Shown piece after piece: positions 58,033 through 64,000 of a DNA stretch of 64,000 nt; positions within the stretch are counted from its first letter, which is position 1, and every line of letters starts with the position of its first letter. Both the position numbers and the translations under genes were made by a program. This stretch comes from Eledone cirrhosa. Taxonomy: Eukaryota. A model generated the notes under the pieces. It was given only the letters and a program-made list of their open reading frames with translations. It made no database searches and was not told the origin of the DNA. The DNA is taken from positions 119,722,001-119,786,000 of the forward strand of contig OZ024743.1 in the NCBI GenBank assembly GCA_964016885.1. The letters are read 5' to 3'.

Positions 58033-58100
<68 letters not shown>

Positions 58101-58174
58101 TATATATATTTATTTATTTATTTATTTATATATATATATATATATACATGTGTATATATGTATATATATATGTA

Positions 58175-58225
<51 letters not shown>

Positions 58226-58250
58226 GTATATGTATTTATATATGTATATG

Positions 58251-58327
<77 letters not shown>

Positions 58328-59649
58328 TGAACGAGTTATCTGTAAGTGTTTAAATGCTTGTGTATATACACAGTTCTTTATCCTGTTACTTTCCTCTCTT
58401 AAACCATTCCAAATAAAAACATTTTCTTGTTTTATATTAGGTAATTCAATCTGACGTTGAGAAGGCATTTGACTACAGACTACACTCAATTAAAATATAA
58501 ACACAAATAGTAATGGCGGTTTCGCGCCTTATTAACACAATCACTGACATGCGTGGCGTATTTGTTCATCAAATGACCTATTAACGCAAATCCTTTATTC
58601 GCTTACATTGCTTAGTTTTCGCTAGAAATCCGATATGGTCGTTCATTACACGAACACTTGCAATGATTCGTTTGGGAGAGCCGTGTTTGGGGAAGTCGAT
58701 AGTTCTTCGCTTTTGAGTTTTTATGGGCGCATTTTTGTCTTGTTCTTGTATTTTTACATATTGTTATTAGACTTTTTCGTATGAGGAAAGGCATCGTCCA
58801 TGGCCTATTTTCATGAAATCAAAGACTGGTATGAGAAAGGGAGAAAGTGATCGCTAGACCGGAGACTTGGCACAAATGCAGCTATTTGGCAGAAAGTTTG
58901 GGCTGTCGGGCGAAATGCATAGAGGTATATATTCCGGGTCTTTCCGTTCTGAGGTCAAATCCCGTCAAGGTCAACTTTGTCATTCATTGCTCATGAGTCA
59001 ATATATAAAGTACTAATCTAGAGCGCTGGACATTGCAACATTTTCTCTGGCTCTTTGCGTTTTGATTTCATATTTCACCGTAGTTTATTTGAACGTTAAA
59101 CATAACAGAGGCTATTACAAACAACTTGAAACTCAGATGCCTTTAGCTGAGTCCTCCGTGATGCAAGCATTAGGATACCTTCTTCTTTTTTCCACATCGA
59201 TCTCGGCGGTCCCAAAAAATGTCATGCGCACTGCCTTTCCTAATGATTGGATTCCACTAAAAATATTCCTGGGTATTGTGTGGGTGTCAAGCTAAGGTCT
59301 ACCACGCAAATGTATCTAATATCAGCTAAAGAGTGTATTGTGCGTATACTGCCTCAGATGAGAGAGGGAGAGAAAGAGAAAGTGCATGTGTGTCTTTTTG
59401 TCTTCTTAAATATATGGCGCAATCCATCGAAGCTGTAAGGGGCCCCGGTGCTCTCACCAGTCCTACTTGTAATAGCAGCCAAATCTACCTCAAATCCCAG
59501 AATCAATTTATTAACTTGGGGCTAAACCTCAATATCAACAATCTAGCTAGAGTTAGTTCCGAAATAGTTCTCTCTCATTCTCTTTCTCTCTCATACACAC
59601 ACTTACACACACACACACTCTCTCTCTCACTCTCTATATCTCCCTCCCT

Positions 59650-59700
<51 letters not shown>

Positions 59701-60446
59701 ATTCTCAGTGAATCGCATTCAACTGTAGTCAAAACCGGGGAAGGATGGGTGCCACCAATTTTAAAATGCCTAAGGGGATGTCACACAGTGACGACAATCT
59801 TACAATCCGTTTAGTGGCTTCGATGAAGAAGGTCGCTTCACAAATATATGATTTCGGTTTCAATCCCACTGAGCAACACCTGAAACGATGAATTTCTAAT
59901 ATAAATAACTTCATGTCAACTAAATCATTATGAGTGAAATTTGACAGACGGAAACCGTTCCGGTTCTTGTAAGATAGACGTAATCAATCATCCTATTTAA
60001 CTCTATTACAAGTTGTTCTGTGCCTTTAGCGGGTTCTATCTGTAGCAAGCTTTTTGGCTATGTCTCCGGTTTGAGTATAATTTTCTCTTTTTCTCCCAAT
60101 AGTTGCGAAGTGGTCAGAAAAAAAGTTAGTCATGGACACTTCTTTCCCTCTTTTGATCGGACACGAGACCCTGTACATGGTCATACTACCTAGTGTTTAA
60201 AAATGAAAACATTGGTTAATGTAATCCTCGATACACTATGCTAGAAACTGTTAAAATGCATTTGATTGTATTTATTTCACCTACATTAACAATAAACTTG
60301 CCATTGAATGTGTCGATCGAATTGGGCAACCATGGGGTAACCAGATCTTTTATATAATTCCATATCTTTAATTTTATATTTTTTAATGGCTTTACATTAT
60401 TTATTCCATTTTGTACATATAAACACAATTTATGTAATATGTATAT

Positions 60447-60635
60447 AATTGTTTCTACTTTTGGCACAAGGCCAGCAATTATCCCGGTGTATTACTGGTG
60501 CTTTATTTTATCGACCCCGTAAGGATGAAAGTAAGTTAACCTCAGCGGGATTTGAACTCAGACCATAAAGCGCCGTAACACTTTGCTGCAAAACATGGCG
60601 TCAGGCCCTCTACCGATACTACCAATCCACCACCC
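60447..60635 (-). mobile_element. SINE family A copy
   Basis: Full length, with a degenerate TSD TATGTAATAT.TATATA. Confidence 0.9.
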
Positions 60636-60819
60636 TATATATGTAATATATATATATAATGAATATGAAATATTCAAAAGAAGCAAATCAATAGAAATCA
60701 ATGTAAAAGAAAGTAGTATTTCAAAAGACTATAAATAAGAGAAAAAGGAGGGCAGGGGCAAGGATTATTAAGCAACTAAAGAAAGGGGAATGGGAGAGGG
60801 TAACAGACTCTACACCGAA

Positions 60820-61080
60820 ATCAGAGTGATGTTTTCGGATGTACTCCGCGGACAATGACCAGGGAGACCCACTGCAACAGCCAGCTCACTCTGTGAGGTT
60901 CCTTGCTCAGGCGGACTGCTGTCATTCCGATTTTACGGAGGGGGTCAGCTGTACGGCATCCGAGGGCGCCTGAGGTATCGACGGCAACCGGTACAAATGG
61001 GGGACAATAGTGCCGTTCATTACAGGTTTCCAATGAGCCAACCATTGGGTCTAGGTCACTGCATTTACTGAGAGTAAAAG
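60820..61080 (-). pseudogene. CRE-clade RLE fragment (diverged)
   Basis: FVPVAVDTSGALG..LRKIG..EPHRVSWLLQWVSLVIVRG. Confidence 0.6.
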
Positions 61081-61495
61081 TGGCAATATTTCTTTATTGA
61101 TTTTTTTTTTTTTTTTTCTCGTGTATGTAATTCAGTGCGGAACAAATATCACACGAGGTCATTTTATTCAAAAGCACCGGATTTTTAGTTTCTCACCGTG
61201 CATTACGTCAAACTATGTGTGATTAGGTGTACGGCGCATTTTGCATGTTGTAATTCCATCTTCTTGGGGGCCTTGCTATAATTTTAAGTAGAAGGATATA
61301 CTTCAAAATATCACAAATCCTTCTTCATATTGAACATTTGAATCCAGTAAAAATGAGAACAAAGACAAATTTGAAAACCTTCACTCTCTTTTTATCTAGA
61401 GAGGGTGAAATGAGGCTGAAATATTGTATAGAAACCTTCACTATTCACACTTTAAGGCAACTTTTACGAAGCATATTACGCGGATGAATGCGTGC

Positions 61496-61551
<56 letters not shown>

Positions 61552-61825
61552 GTGAGACAGAGAGAGGGAAAGAGAGAAAGAGACTTGTACGCATTACACT
61601 TAACGTAATATTTATGTTGAAATCGGGGTCTATGAGTTCATCGTAATATATATATATATATATATACATATTTCAGGTTTTCCTTTTTGTTTTCACCTTG
61701 CCGAGTATGTTACGGTAGTTGCATTGACAGAAACGATGTTACACTTTGTTGTTCACCCCCCCCCCACCACACACACACAAACACACACTCACTCACACAT
61801 ACCTACACACACACACACATATATA

Positions 61826-61866
<41 letters not shown>

Positions 61867-62845
61867 ATGTGTGTACCTTTATCTACCTTTATAAATATAG
61901 ATACTTAAATATATTTACATATATTAACATACGTGTCCACCCACATGCGTATGTCTGTATCTTTGTATCCATCTATTTATCTATGTAGGTATGTGAGCTA
62001 TCTGCATGCTCGTGCCCACGAGCTTGCACGCGCGACTCCACAAGATGTAGACATACAATCAGTTCCGGAGCAGACGAAAACAGCAAACTGTGATAGGTTA
62101 ATAAAGTTGGCGTGTTGGTGTCACACGAGTGCAGTTCTATATAAAAAAAAAAAGCTAAATAAAAAATAAATATGTAAATAAAAGAATCCCATAAAATAAC
62201 AATAATATATAAACAAATAAACAAACAAAAAACCGTCAAACAGTGAAGTCAGTTTTTGCTACTTACTGCCTACCGTAAATGCAGCCATGTACTGTGTGCT
62301 ATGTATGATTGTAATTGACCCAGCTAACAAGGAAACTCAAGTGCTTTATTTGTAAGTAACGACGTAAAAATCTGTAGGTACAGTTAGTATTTACATGTGA
62401 ACTGTTTTGACTATGTCATATATATGTTAGGCATGTAGAGAGGTAGTTTTAGGTTTAAATCTGTCTTGTTTTTTCATCAATATAATAACAATAATAATAA
62501 CGATGATGATGATAATGTGAACTATGAACATTTACATTGGTACAGTATATTGTAATAGAACAAATATTATTTTTTCATTGCTTGGCAAGCAAACGTAGAA
62601 CAAAACATATGATGAGAAATACCGTTGAGTTGAGCGTGAAGAAGAGGTTTCAACTGTTGCTGCAAGCTTATTCAATTTTTTACTCGCATAATAAATATCT
62701 TTGACAAAGGCATGAATTGCAGCAACACAATTTCTTTCCATGCCTACTGCTATAAATTTTACCAGTTTATAAAACAAAAAAAAACAAAACCTTTATTGAA
62801 GGGAATTACGAGATGACAGGCTGGATGGTATTATTGTACTTCGTT

Positions 62846-63025
62846 GGTGATTGGCAGTATCGGTAGAGGGTCGGACGCCATGCTTTCCAGCATAGTTACG
62901 TCCCTTTACGATCTGAGTTCAAATCCCGCCGAGGTTGACTTTGCCTTTCATTCTTACGGGGTCGATAAAATAAAGTACCAGTAATGCACTGGGTAATTGC
63001 TGGCCTTGTGCCTAAAGTAGAAACA
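62846..63025 (+). mobile_element. Young SINE family A copy with 16-bp TSD
   Basis: ATTATTGTACTTCGTT at 62830-62845 and 63026-63041. Confidence 0.95.
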
Positions 63026-63214
63026 ATTATTGTACTTCGTTTCAAATCTTTTATTTCTGTGTTCAATTCTTTGCCTAAGTCTATGGAATATATAGTGATC
63101 GGTGTATTCTCTAAGGCTAAATACTATCATGTGCTGTTGAATATATTGATTTTAACGGCTGTAGCTCTATATACTATCTGATAGAGCATATATCACATGA
63201 TCCACATGACAGGT

Positions 63215-63600
63215 GCAATGTGTCCGAACACGGAAGAGCCGAAGTTCAACTCCATCTCTCTCGTCATCACCTCCATCTCACTCGCCCTGCCCATCTCTCT
63301 GTATTGTGAGCAAATGGGGTTCCACGTGCTGGCCGCACCACAACCCCGGCGGAGAGAATGGAGAAGGCGTTTCCCCGGAGGATGGTAAGGGAGATGCGCT
63401 GGAAGAGCCATTCCATCTCGCGAGGCTCACAATTGCAGCTGGACAGCTCAGTGCCTATGGTGGTGAGTAGGGAGGTAGCCCTAGGGCCAAGGACACCAGA
63501 AGTCTCTGCTGCCAAGGGCACGACCGCAAATCTGTCGGAGAGCGACCGATACTTGGAGAGATTGCCCTCCTCAGCCCGAAGTTCAGCAGAACCTGGGAAC
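63215..63600 (-). pseudogene. CRE-clade LINE 3' fragment, same family as 46040-46650
   Basis: PGSAELRAEEGNLSKYRSLSDRFAVVPLAAETSGVLGPRA..WLFQRISLTILRGNAFSIL, with a shared 3' UTR (TTCGGCTCTTCCGTGTTCGGAC). Confidence 0.8.
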
Positions 63601-64000
63601 ATAACGTGAAGTTTTGAATTCATAACAAGGATGAGTAAAGTAAAAGGAATATGAACCAATTCCCTCCAAGTCGATATGTGTATATACACACCCTCGTACG
63701 CAAATTAATATATACAAACCAATGGTCAGTCAACACCACTCATCGTCATAAAAAAAAGGTAGGATACATTGAATATTGTATTCCTAAATAGATTACTATT
63801 GAATACAATATGTGCTACATCATGTTAGGTCTGTTCAATCAGGGCCGAAATACGCTATGTTCTAGCATAAATATATATTATCTAATTGGTTAGGCTGCCA
63901 AATATACACGTTTAGGTATATTATACATCCTGCTTGACACATACACACACACACACACTCACATACACACACACGTACGCACGCGTACACACACACACAC

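Overview
AT-rich, microsatellite-saturated eukaryotic non-coding DNA, intergenic or deep intronic. The repeat content resembles a cephalopod (octopus-like) genome, which is an inference and not a search result. I found no host protein-coding exon I can support, and most entries in the ORF track are microsatellite artefacts. The window is a transposon graveyard. It holds about 30 copies of a tRNA-headed SINE (Meta/MESC-like core), often in head-to-tail arrays, plus CORE-like SINEs. LINE fragments come from the Tx1/L1, RTE, R4/Dong and CRE clades. There are two deleted mariners, several Tc1/pogo MITEs, and four Penelope-like element (PLE) coding fragments (GIY-YIG endonuclease and YRDD reverse transcriptase). 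The most notable signal is about 15 type-I hammerhead-ribozyme-like motifs in short insertions, most of them next to or inside (TA)n tracts. Many of these insertions are fold-back structures with one shared architecture: one arm stops at a TA microhomology with the target, and the inverted arm continues into a tail that often carries a GAGYRCTC palindrome. All RNA folds and alignments were done by eye.
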